64,000 bases of DNA. It comes from an uncultured Oscillospiraceae bacterium (GTDB taxonomy: Bacteria; Bacillota; Clostridia; Oscillospirales; Ruminococcaceae). Location of the stretch: NCBI GenBank assembly GCA_934465295.1, contig CAKSKU010000013.1, positions 47 through 64,046 of the forward strand. The letters run 5' to 3'. Of the stretch, positions 47,493 through 55,930 are shown piece after piece (within the stretch, counting starts at the first letter, position 1; every line of letters starts with the position of its first letter). Under the pieces are notes generated by a model. It was not told where the DNA came from, ran no database searches, and was given only the letters and a program-made list of their open reading frames with translations. The position numbers and the translations under genes were made by a program.

Positions 47493-48887
47493 TTACTTAT
47501 ACTGTGCAAGGATAGCGTCAGCCTGCTCCTGAGCCTGCTGCATTGCTGTTTCTGCGTCCATCGAGCCTGTCATTACAGCTTCAACAGCGGTGTCGAGGAT
47601 ATCCTGAACGCTGCCCTGATCGTAAACGGAGAACTCTGCGTGACCGTATTCAAGCTGATCTCTTGCAACGAGCGCCTGCGGGAAATCTGCGGTGTAGTTC
47701 TTCATACGCTCTGTTTCATAGGCTTCGGGTCTTGTTGCAACGTAGCCCGTGTCGATGCTCCACTGCGCAACTCTTTCGGGGTCGTTCGTCATCCACTTGA
47801 TGAATGTGTAAGCTGCCTGTGTCTGCTCTTCGGGAACGTTCTTGAAGAGGTAGAAGTTTCCGCCGCCCGTTGGTGAGCCATAGGATTCATCGGCAGGAAG
47901 CATTGCTGTGCCGAAATCGAATGTTGCGTTCTTCTTGATGTTTGTGAGGTTGCCCGTTGTGTGATAGATCATAGCTGCCTTGCCCTCAAGGAAGTCGGTA
48001 GGTGTGGTCGACCAAGCCGTTGTGCCGGGAGCCTGACAGCCCTTGTCGGAAAGGCTCTTCCAGAAGTTAAGTCCCTTAATGGTTCTCGGGTCGTTGAAGT
48101 AGACCTCTGTACCCGTATCATTCATAAGGTTGAAGCCGTTCTGCTGGTTGCAGAATGTCTGGAGCATCCAGTAAGCATAGCCTGCCTTGTCAGAGGGTAT
48201 CTGGATACCGTATCTTGTTGTCACGCCGTTTTCTGCCTTGGTGAGCTTCTGAGCATAATCTTCAAGCTCTGCCCATGTCTTTGGCGGTGTTTCGGGGTCA
48301 AGACCAACTTCTCTGTAAGCGTCCTTGTTGTAGTAAAGGATAATTGTGCTTCTCTGCCACGGGATTCCGTAGGTGAGATCGCCGCAGCGGCTGTTTTCCA
48401 TAAATCCGTCATAGAAGCCGTTCAGCCATTCCTTGTCCTCGTCCGATGTCGCAAATGTATCAAAGTCATAGATCGCATCCATCGAAAGCAGCGAGTAAAG
48501 GTCGATCGAGAACATCAGCGCAATAGCAGGTGTGTTGCCCGACTTTATAGCCGCCTGGACCTTTGTACGGGTCTCGGCATAAGTTCCTGCGTAAACAGGG
48601 TTAACGGTGATGTTCGGATATTTCTCGTGGAATTCATCGCAGAGGTTGCTGATAAGAACGTCAGGACCGCCGCCTACGGAAACGGGGAAGTACATATCAA
48701 GTGTTACATTTTCTGATGAAGTGTCAGTGCTGTCAGCTGTCGTGTCTGCCGAAGCAGCTTCGGCTGTTGTCTTTTCCTGCGCAGATGTTGAAGCTGACGA
48801 ATCTCCGTTTGAGCTTGAGCAGCCTGCCAGAACGGAAAGGCTCATTATGCCTGCGAGGACAGAAGTAAGTATCTTTTTCTTGTTCAT
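47493..48887 (-). CDS. carbohydrate ABC transporter substrate-binding lipoprotein
   Basis: Lipobox LAGCSS followed by a family-1 SBP pattern. 464 aa. Confidence 0.85.
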   Translation of the reverse strand: MNKKKILTSVLAGIMSLSVLAGCSSSNGDSSASTSAQEKTTAEAASADTTADSTDTSSENVTLDMYFPVSVGGGPDVLISNLCDEFHEKYPNITVNPVYAGTYAETRTKVQAAIKSGNTPAIALMFSIDLYSLLSMDAIYDFDTFATSDEDKEWLNGFYDGFMENSRCGDLTYGIPWQRSTIILYYNKDAYREVGLDPETPPKTWAELEDYAQKLTKAENGVTTRYGIQIPSDKAGYAYWMLQTFCNQQNGFNLMNDTGTEVYFNDPRTIKGLNFWKSLSDKGCQAPGTTAWSTTPTDFLEGKAAMIYHTTGNLTNIKKNATFDFGTAMLPADESYGSPTGGGNFYLFKNVPEEQTQAAYTFIKWMTNDPERVAQWSIDTGYVATRPEAYETERMKNYTADFPQALVARDQLEYGHAEFSVYDQGSVQDILDTAVEAVMTGSMDAETAMQQAQEQADAILAQYK

Positions 48888-49122
48888 CTTTGGATTACGC
48901 TCCTTAAATTATTTGTAGTCGTTTTGAACTTACGGGCTTATAATATCACCGTCAAGGGTCAAAGTCAACGGATTTTACAAGCATTTATCCTGCGTTTACT
49001 TACATTTTAAACATATAAAAAATACCATTTTGCGATAGATCCGCCGCATTTTCGCCCTTTTCAACGCAAATACCGCACAAGCCTTCCAAAAACTGACTTC
49101 ACCGCAACTTTACACGCTTCTA

Positions 49123-49238
49123 ATTGACAATTGACAGTTGATAATTGACAATTGATAGTTGATAGTTGATAGTTGATAGTTAACAGTTAATAGTTATCAG
49201 TTATCAATTGATAATTTTTTCGGGGAACAAAATGTACA
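49123..49238. repeat. array of thirteen 7-bp units (RTTGAYA) plus the same conserved 25-nt tail
   Basis: 49123-49213 holds 13 heptamers. The tail ATTTTTTCGGGGAACAAAATGTACA (49214-49238) is identical to 43798-43822. Confidence 0.9.
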
Positions 49239-49449
49239 CGGTATATAAATGATAAAAACTGTTTTTTGCATTGAAAATCGGGATTTTTTATTTTATGATA
49301 AGATATCATCGGAAAAAGCATTGAAATTTTCGCTCTTGCCGCAGCTTTTGGCAGTATAATTATAATTTTAGGCAGTTTTCTTATAGATTTTTTGCTTTGC
49401 CGCTGTTATTATTATATTCATATAAAATTTTAAACTGAGGTTTGATATT

Positions 49450-50640
49450 ATGGCACAGAATTACAGAAAAACAGTCATCGCCTGCTATCTCGGCTTTGTC
49501 ACGCAGGCAATTGCGGCAAATTTCGCTCCGCTTCTATTTCTCACCTTTCACAATAATTACAGCATACCGCTGGGAAAGATCGCACTTATTTCATCGGTAT
49601 TTTTCGTAACGCAGCTCATCGTCGATGTTCTGTGTGCGAAATTTGCCGATAAGATAGGCTACCGCAGGTGCGTTGTCGGCTCGCAGCTTATGTCAGCCGT
49701 GGGACTCATCGGGCTTGCGTTTCTCCCCGAGCTGCTCCCCGATCCGTTCACGGGGATAATCATAAGCACGGTGATATACGCCGTCGGAAGCGGTCTGACC
49801 GAGGTGCTTGTCAGCCCTATCGTAGAAGCCTGCCCGTTCGAGCATAAAGAAGCTGCGATGAGCCTCCTCCACTCTTTTTACTGCTGGGGTTCGGTCGGAG
49901 TTATACTTATCTCAACGCTGTTTTTCGCCGTTTTCGGCATAGAAAACTGGAAATGGCTCTCCTGTGCGTGGGCGATCATTCCGTTTATCAATATGTTCAA
50001 CTTCACCTCCTGCCCTATCGAACACCCCGTTGAGGACGGCGAGGGAATGGGCATAAAAGGTCTGCTGAAAGTGCCGCTCTTCTGGCTCGCAATAGTTCTT
50101 ATGATATGCGCAGGCGCATCGGAGCTCTCAATGGCGCAGTGGGCGTCTGCCTTTGCAGAGTCCGCACTCGGTCTGTCGAAATCGGTCGGCGATATCGCAG
50201 GACCCTGCCTTTTCGCCGTAACAATGGGAATAAGCCGAACCATCTACGGAAAATACGGCGATAAGCTCGACCTTATGAAATTTATGATAGGCTCGGGCTG
50301 CCTCTGCCTTGTCTGCTATGTGACCGCTTCAACAGCAGGCATACCGATACTCGGACTTCTTGGCTGTGTAATGTGCGGCTTCTCGGTGGGCATTATGTGG
50401 CCGGGCGCAATAAGTATCTGCTCGGCGAAAATACCGTCGGGCGGAACGGCAATGTTCGCCCTGCTCGCAATGGCAGGCGATATGGGCGGCGCACTCGGAC
50501 CCTGGATAGTCGGAAACATCACCCAAAGCGCAGGCGACAATATGCAGAAAGGTATGCTCGCAGGCTGCGTGTTCCCCATCGTGCTGACGATAGTGCTTCT
50601 TATCCTTAAAAATACCAAAAATGCAAAACAACAAAACTGA
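49450..50640 (+). CDS. MFS transporter
   Basis: 396 aa with 12 TM segments. Confidence 0.8.
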   Translation: MAQNYRKTVIACYLGFVTQAIAANFAPLLFLTFHNNYSIPLGKIALISSVFFVTQLIVDVLCAKFADKIGYRRCVVGSQLMSAVGLIGLAFLPELLPDPFTGIIISTVIYAVGSGLTEVLVSPIVEACPFEHKEAAMSLLHSFYCWGSVGVILISTLFFAVFGIENWKWLSCAWAIIPFINMFNFTSCPIEHPVEDGEGMGIKGLLKVPLFWLAIVLMICAGASELSMAQWASAFAESALGLSKSVGDIAGPCLFAVTMGISRTIYGKYGDKLDLMKFMIGSGCLCLVCYVTASTAGIPILGLLGCVMCGFSVGIMWPGAISICSAKIPSGGTAMFALLAMAGDMGGALGPWIVGNITQSAGDNMQKGMLAGCVFPIVLTIVLLILKNTKNAKQQN

Positions 50641-50661
50641 CCGTGAAAAGAGGAAAACCGT

Positions 50662-50952
50662 ATGGAAACAATGCTCCAAAAATGGCTTGCGGATAATAAA
50701 TGCAAATTAGATAAATATGACGTGACTGCCGATAAGCTCGGTGATATCAGCTACGCCGATAAATCATTCGGCTTTGACCTGACTTATAAAGACCGTATGG
50801 CAAGGGTCACATTGACCCACAGCGGCAGACTCTATGCCCACATCATCGAAACCGACAACGCAACGGTTTTCCTGTACGATGACGATGTGCAGTTCAACGC
50901 TTCCGAACTCAACGGCTTTCTGATATGCTTCCTGCAAATACTCGTCGGCTGA
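50662..50952 (+). CDS. hypothetical protein
   Basis: 96-aa ORF 21 nt after the MFS stop. No motif recognised. Confidence 0.4.
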   Translation: METMLQKWLADNKCKLDKYDVTADKLGDISYADKSFGFDLTYKDRMARVTLTHSGRLYAHIIETDNATVFLYDDDVQFNASELNGFLICFLQILVG

Positions 50953-51015
50953 ATCTGACTTTTTCGCCACGGTATTTCAACAAGTGAACTAATTATTATC
51001 AAACTATTTACAAGT

Positions 51016-51093
51016 CATTGTAGAGGACGGGTTTCCCGTCCCGCAGTCACCAATATCGTTCAAAAAACGGGACGGGCGACCCGTCCCCTACGG
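51016..51093. repeat. pair of inverted REP-like hairpin units (GGGACGG-N4-CCCGTCC + CTAC)
   Basis: 51016-51046 (reverse orientation) and 51068-51093. A third unit lies at 6311-6336. Confidence 0.7.
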
Positions 51094-51229
51094 TAAAATA
51101 TAGCAATTAGAAATATATTCACATCAAAAATTCACTATTTTTTTACTCGTTGAAATACCGTGGTTTCATTGTACGGACAGCTTGACATTCCGTGCAGAAT
51201 ATGTTAATATAGTTAGTGTAAGATAACCA

Positions 51230-51844
51230 ATGTGTACGCCGTGTAGTTTCCTGCGGCAGAAATATAAGATACTTTTCGTTCTGAAAGAAGCCAACCGGAA
51301 AGACGGAGATGCCGACCTGTGTGAATTTCTCCTTTCCGAAAGCAGTCCGACCTACCGGAAAACATGGAACAATGTCGCTCGGTGGATAAAAGCTCTCCTC
51401 GTCCAAGGCGATCACCCCGAATATGTCAGCCGCTCGGACAAAAGCTTCTGGCTTCGCAAGGCTGCCGTGATGAATCTGAAAAAGGTTGGCGGCGGTTCTT
51501 CCTCAAACGATGGAACTATCAGGGAATATGCACGGGCGGACAGAGAATTTCTGAAAGAGCAGATCGTTTTGTATCAGCCCGATATCATTATCTGCTGCGG
51601 TCGGGGAAACGGTAAAAATGCGGATATCCTCTGCGATATCATCTTTGAACCGTCGGAGGTCTCGGAGTGGCAAACGCTCACCGATTCCAAATACAACTAC
51701 TTTACCGTAAGACTTGCGGACGGGAAAACAACGCCCGTTGTATCCTTCTATCACCCACAGATATACGGCGGACATAAGCTTTTCCGAAAACGCTATGAGG
51801 AAATGCTCGCTGTCGGCAAGGAACTCGGATTTTACAAAAGGTGA
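51230..51844 (+). CDS. hypothetical protein (possibly uracil-DNA-glycosylase-fold-like)
   Basis: 204 aa. ILFVLKEAN, DIIICCG and SFYHPQ loosely recall UDG-superfamily motif positions. TTGACA-17-TAATAT lies upstream, and there is no clear SD. Confidence 0.45.
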   Translation: MCTPCSFLRQKYKILFVLKEANRKDGDADLCEFLLSESSPTYRKTWNNVARWIKALLVQGDHPEYVSRSDKSFWLRKAAVMNLKKVGGGSSSNDGTIREYARADREFLKEQIVLYQPDIIICCGRGNGKNADILCDIIFEPSEVSEWQTLTDSKYNYFTVRLADGKTTPVVSFYHPQIYGGHKLFRKRYEEMLAVGKELGFYKR

Positions 51845-51847
51845 ACT

Positions 51848-52213
51848 ATGAATATAAACTACATCCACGAACCTACTGACCTTCAATGCGGACAGGCTGT
51901 GCTTGCAATGCTGCTCGGCACATCTGCCGAATATATATGCGAATATCTCGGCAACGACCGTGAGACCGACCTTAAGGAAATGAAGCGTGTTCTTACGGAA
52001 CACGGCATAAAATTCTCCCCCGAGCGCAAACAGGCGCAAACCGTTTCCGACCTTCCGAAATGCGCACTCCTGAGCCTTGAAACTCCCCGATGCTGGCATT
52101 GGTCGCTGTATGCGGACGGCGTTTTCTACGACCCCGAGCATGGCATTCTCAGCGATTTTCCCATTTCGGAAAGAAAATTTTACTGGGAAGTATTTCCCGA
52201 AACAAAATACTGA
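51848..52213 (+). CDS. small papain-fold (peptidase C39-like) protein
   Basis: 121 aa. Contains LQCGQAVLAMLLG (Cys motif) and CWHWS (His). Confidence 0.5.
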   Translation: MNINYIHEPTDLQCGQAVLAMLLGTSAEYICEYLGNDRETDLKEMKRVLTEHGIKFSPERKQAQTVSDLPKCALLSLETPRCWHWSLYADGVFYDPEHGILSDFPISERKFYWEVFPETKY

Positions 52214-52328
52214 TTTTTAATCAAAGTGTAGACAAAAAATCGGCGCAAAATCCATTTAAACCTGTTTTCAACAGCTACGAGATTTTGCTTGATTTTTTGT
52301 ACACTTTCAGTTTAAAAATTAGTATTAG
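52209..52328. mobile_element. second copy of the MITE-like element (~117 bp)
   Basis: It shares both arms with 25071-25170 (TTTTTAATCAAAGTGTAGACAAAAAATCGGCGCAAAA ... TTTTGCTTGATTTTTTGTACACTTTCAGTTTAAAAATTA). The centre has diverged. Confidence 0.75.
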
Positions 52329-52394
52329 ATTATAAAAACCGCCCTGCGAACGGCACAGCATCGTTCGCAGGGCGGCTTTTTGCACCAAATTTCC

Positions 52395-53000
52395 TCAATT
52401 TTCCCTTCCGTTTCCGCAAAGCAGCTTTTTCAGATCGCCGAGCGTCTCGCAGCCGCTTTTTTCACGCATCGAAGCGAGCAGCTTTTTCACATAGCTGTAT
52501 GAATAGAACAGCTTGTCGCATATCTCCTTGCCGTTGTAGCCCTTCATGATGAGTTCTGCGACCCTGCGCTCCGTTTCGGTAAAATTCTCCGTCGGCAAGA
52601 CCTCCTCCGACAGCGCAGTCCCGCTTTGCTTCAGCAGATTGCTTATCCTTGCAAGCAGTATCTTCTGCGAAAACGGCTTCTTGATATAATCCGCCGCACC
52701 GAGCCGAAAGCCGTTCAGCTCGTCCTCCTCGTCCGACATTCCCGTCACGAAAACAACGGGTATATCGGCGCATCGGGGCATCGACTTTATCTCTTTTATC
52801 ACGCTGTAACCGTCGATATCGGGCATTCTTACATCGAGCATTATAAGGTCGGGAAGCTCCTTTTCCGAAAGTGCCTTCAACGCCTCCGCACCGCCCGAAT
52901 AAAGGCTGACGCTGTAACTTACCCCGAGCAGAACGGCAGCATTTTTCAGCATGACCTTATCATCATCAACGACCATTATCCTCTGCTTTTTAGCGTTCAC
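52395..53000 (-). CDS. response regulator, LuxR/NarL-type HTH
   Basis: Receiver (VVDDD, MLDVRMPDIDG, KKP) plus a LuxR HTH. A GTG start behind GGAGAGG overlaps the kinase stop. Confidence 0.8.
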   Translation of the reverse strand: MNAKKQRIMVVDDDKVMLKNAAVLLGVSYSVSLYSGGAEALKALSEKELPDLIMLDVRMPDIDGYSVIKEIKSMPRCADIPVVFVTGMSDEEDELNGFRLGAADYIKKPFSQKILLARISNLLKQSGTALSEEVLPTENFTETERRVAELIMKGYNGKEICDKLFYSYSYVKKLLASMREKSGCETLGDLKKLLCGNGREN

Positions 53001-55368
53001 CCGCACCTCTCCTTTCCATAAACTGTCGGAACAGCTTTTCTGCGCTGACAAAATCAAGCTCGTCAACAAATTCAATGATATAGTTCAGATTTCTTATGTT
53101 ATCCTCGTCCGTCTCGGTCGAAATGAGCCGTTTGAGATCATTCTGCGTTTCAAGCCAGATATGCTCCTCGATGCCCTTTTGTATCTGCGCTTCAATGTTG
53201 ACATCGCTCGGGATATCGGGCGATGGGCATATCCTCTCAGCCATCTCCGAAATAAACAGCTTCATTCCCTCTGCCGCTCGCTCCCACTCGAAAATGAGCA
53301 GCTCACGGGCGTGTCCAGCATAAGCCGTATCACCGCAGCCGAGCCGCCTTTCAAGCTCCTCCGCCGACCTGTACAATGCCGATGCGCCAATGCCCTTTGC
53401 GGCTGATTTCAGCGAATGTATCTCAAAAATAAGACTCTCGCTGCCGCTTTCAAACATTCTTTCCACCTTTTCACGGCTGCCATCATAGCCGTCCGCAAAA
53501 ATCTCCGCAAGCGAGCAGAAGCGTGTGATGCTGCCACTGAGATAGCTAAGCCCCGATTCAAGATCGATATCGTATTTTTTAAGGCTCTCACAAAGCCTGC
53601 GGAACTCCTCCTGAGAAAGCCCATCCTCAGCCGCTCCGTTCACCATCACCTTGTCGGGCGGAAGAAGCGATATGAGCGTCTTTTCAAGCGTATGCCACCT
53701 CACGGGCTTGGAAAGATAAGCGCAGAAGCCTGCGGAAAGGAATTTCTCCTCCGACCCCGAAAGAGCCTCCGCCGTCAGCGCAATAACGGGAACGCTCTCG
53801 GGAAGTCCGTTCTCACGCATTATCCGAAGCGTCTGTATGCCGTCCGTAACGGGCATCATATAATCGAGAAGGATAAGATCGTAATCGGCTTTTTTTACAG
53901 CCTCCGCAGCGGCTTCCCCGTCCGATGCCGTGTCAACGGTTATCATCGTCCGCTCAAGCAGCAGGCTTATCACACGGAGATTTTCAGCATTGTCGTCAAC
54001 GGCAAGTATGCGGCATTCGGGTGCGATAAAGCTGTCCGAGCAAGTCCTTCCGCTTACCGTCAGCGATATCTCGCCAACGGGAGAGCTGTCGCATATTTTC
54101 TGCGGTATCTCTATCCCGAAGGTGCTGCCCTTTCCCTCCTCGCTTTCCGCAATGAGCCGTCCGCCCATGCTGTCCGCAAGATCCTTCGATATCGCAAGCC
54201 CGAGGCCCGTTCCCTCAACGGCAAATTCAACAGCGTTCCTTCCCCTGCCGAAAACCTCAAATATATGCTCCAGCTCCGACGAGGGTATCCCTATCCCCGT
54301 GTCGGAAACGGTTATCCGCAGGAGTGCCTTGCCCTCGTCCTCACCGCTCGGAACAGTCCCGGCGGAAAGCTTCACACTCCCCGAAGCCGTGTATTTCACC
54401 GCATTCGAGATAAAGTTCGTCACGATCTGCCGCAAGTGATTTTTGTCTCCCTCGAGCATCGACATCATTTCGGGCGATATCTCCGCCGTGAAATCAAGTC
54501 CCTTTTTTCCGCAAAGCTCACTTCCCGTCGAAGCCAGCTCCGATATCAGCGAATCGGTTCGGTAAGGCTTTTCGACAGTCATAAGCTTCCCCGATTCGAT
54601 CTGTGTGACATCAAGGATATTGTTTATTATCGAAAGCAGCAGATCGCCTGCGCTCTGTATCTTCGTGGTGTATTCAAGCATCTCCCCACGGTCGGAGGTG
54701 CGTGTTATAAGCTCGTTCATTCCGAGGATAACATTGACGGGCGTCCTTATCTCATGGCTCATATTCGCAAGGAAAATGCCCTTTGCCTTGCTGCTGCGGT
54801 GCGCCTCCTTCATCGCCGCATTGTACATTCTTATCTGGAAAAACATAGCCGCCCCGAGAGCCGCCGAGGATACGCATATCCCCGTGATGATATCGCCGAC
54901 TATCCCCTTTTCATCGGGAAAAGCCGTCACGAGCCGAGGGTATCGGTAAGCCGCAGCACAGCAGCCAACATATATCACTATCTCAGCAAGAGCGCATACG
55001 ATGCCCGTTTTTCCCTCGAGCATAAACAGCGTGAACACCGCCGCAAATACAAAAAAGCAAGGCATACCGCTTTCATATCCGCCTGCGGTGAAGAACATTA
55101 TCGGGAAAAGCAGCATGAATACCAGCGTGACCGTTATTACGTAGCAGGGTCGGTATTTCCCCGTCCGAGCGGAATAAACGAGCAAGGCGGCAGAAAATAC
55201 CGCAGACGAAAGCAGCACCGCGCTGTTGAGCGCCGAAGCCCCGTTTATCAGCGAAGCCGCAAATATAACAAGGCTCACCAAGCAGCCCGTGACCGCAAGC
55301 AGATTGAAAATCCTCGCCTTGAAATCAATATTCGGCGAAAAGAGCCTTTCCTTTATCCTTCTGAACAT
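52990..55368 (-). CDS. hybrid sensor histidine kinase (TM sensor, HisKA, HATPase_c, REC, HPt)
   Basis: H-box SHEIRTPVN, N/G boxes, receiver (LLDYMMPVTDG), and a C-terminal HPt (HSLKSAAKGIGA). Confidence 0.9.
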   Translation of the reverse strand: MFRRIKERLFSPNIDFKARIFNLLAVTGCLVSLVIFAASLINGASALNSAVLLSSAVFSAALLVYSARTGKYRPCYVITVTLVFMLLFPIMFFTAGGYESGMPCFFVFAAVFTLFMLEGKTGIVCALAEIVIYVGCCAAAYRYPRLVTAFPDEKGIVGDIITGICVSSAALGAAMFFQIRMYNAAMKEAHRSSKAKGIFLANMSHEIRTPVNVILGMNELITRTSDRGEMLEYTTKIQSAGDLLLSIINNILDVTQIESGKLMTVEKPYRTDSLISELASTGSELCGKKGLDFTAEISPEMMSMLEGDKNHLRQIVTNFISNAVKYTASGSVKLSAGTVPSGEDEGKALLRITVSDTGIGIPSSELEHIFEVFGRGRNAVEFAVEGTGLGLAISKDLADSMGGRLIAESEEGKGSTFGIEIPQKICDSSPVGEISLTVSGRTCSDSFIAPECRILAVDDNAENLRVISLLLERTMITVDTASDGEAAAEAVKKADYDLILLDYMMPVTDGIQTLRIMRENGLPESVPVIALTAEALSGSEEKFLSAGFCAYLSKPVRWHTLEKTLISLLPPDKVMVNGAAEDGLSQEEFRRLCESLKKYDIDLESGLSYLSGSITRFCSLAEIFADGYDGSREKVERMFESGSESLIFEIHSLKSAAKGIGASALYRSAEELERRLGCGDTAYAGHARELLIFEWERAAEGMKLFISEMAERICPSPDIPSDVNIEAQIQKGIEEHIWLETQNDLKRLISTETDEDNIRNLNYIIEFVDELDFVSAEKLFRQFMERRGAGER

Positions 55369-55514
55369 ACTATCCCCCCTGTTACCTCAATTATATCACA
55401 GCCCGAGCCGTTTCGCAACAATCTTGGAAATAAGTGTCCCTAAGGGACATTGCATTCTTTGCGGTTTTGTATTATAATTATAGTGATGAATACTATCCTT
55501 AAGGGGGAATTTAT

Positions 55515-55916
55515 ATGAATATAAAGAAAATACTCTGCTGTACAGCCGCCGCAGTTATGCTCGCAGGCTGTACAGGTTCGACCGAGCTTGTCGATCCTTC
55601 AACGGTTGACTCGGACGTCCTCTATCTGTATGATGTGAAAAACGGCGCAGTCAAAGTCGGCGAGGACCGGTCGGACAGCGGAGACGAGGGCTTCTGGCTG
55701 CCCGTTTCCGATGATGTCTATGCGGAATTTCAAGACCCCGATGTGGTCGGAGCATGGCGTCCCGATCAGTATTTCGGCAAAAAGCAGCTCGAAAAGGGCT
55801 TTCGTGACGGAAAGATCGCAGCAGATTCAAAATTCACATGGAATGTCGGTGAGGACGGCACTCTGAGCAGTCTTTATCAGGAAAATTACTACGAAAACAA
55901 CAGCGTTACAGGCTGA
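55515..55916 (+). CDS. small lipoprotein, unknown function
   Basis: Lipobox MLAGCTGS. 133 aa. Confidence 0.65.
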   Translation: MNIKKILCCTAAAVMLAGCTGSTELVDPSTVDSDVLYLYDVKNGAVKVGEDRSDSGDEGFWLPVSDDVYAEFQDPDVVGAWRPDQYFGKKQLEKGFRDGKIAADSKFTWNVGEDGTLSSLYQENYYENNSVTG

Positions 55917-55930
55917 AAGGGGGATTTTTT

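Noticed and set aside
43735-49238. Possibility that the heptamer arrays are CRISPR arrays
   Set aside because: The repeat unit is 7 bp with no spacers, and no cas genes are present. No other 25-40-bp repeat/spacer structure was seen anywhere in the window.
53416-55443. 675-aa ORF on the + strand
   Set aside because: It is antisense to the hybrid histidine kinase. Its Arg/Lys/Tyr-rich composition is typical of reverse-frame translation of a GC-skewed gene. It has no SD or motifs.
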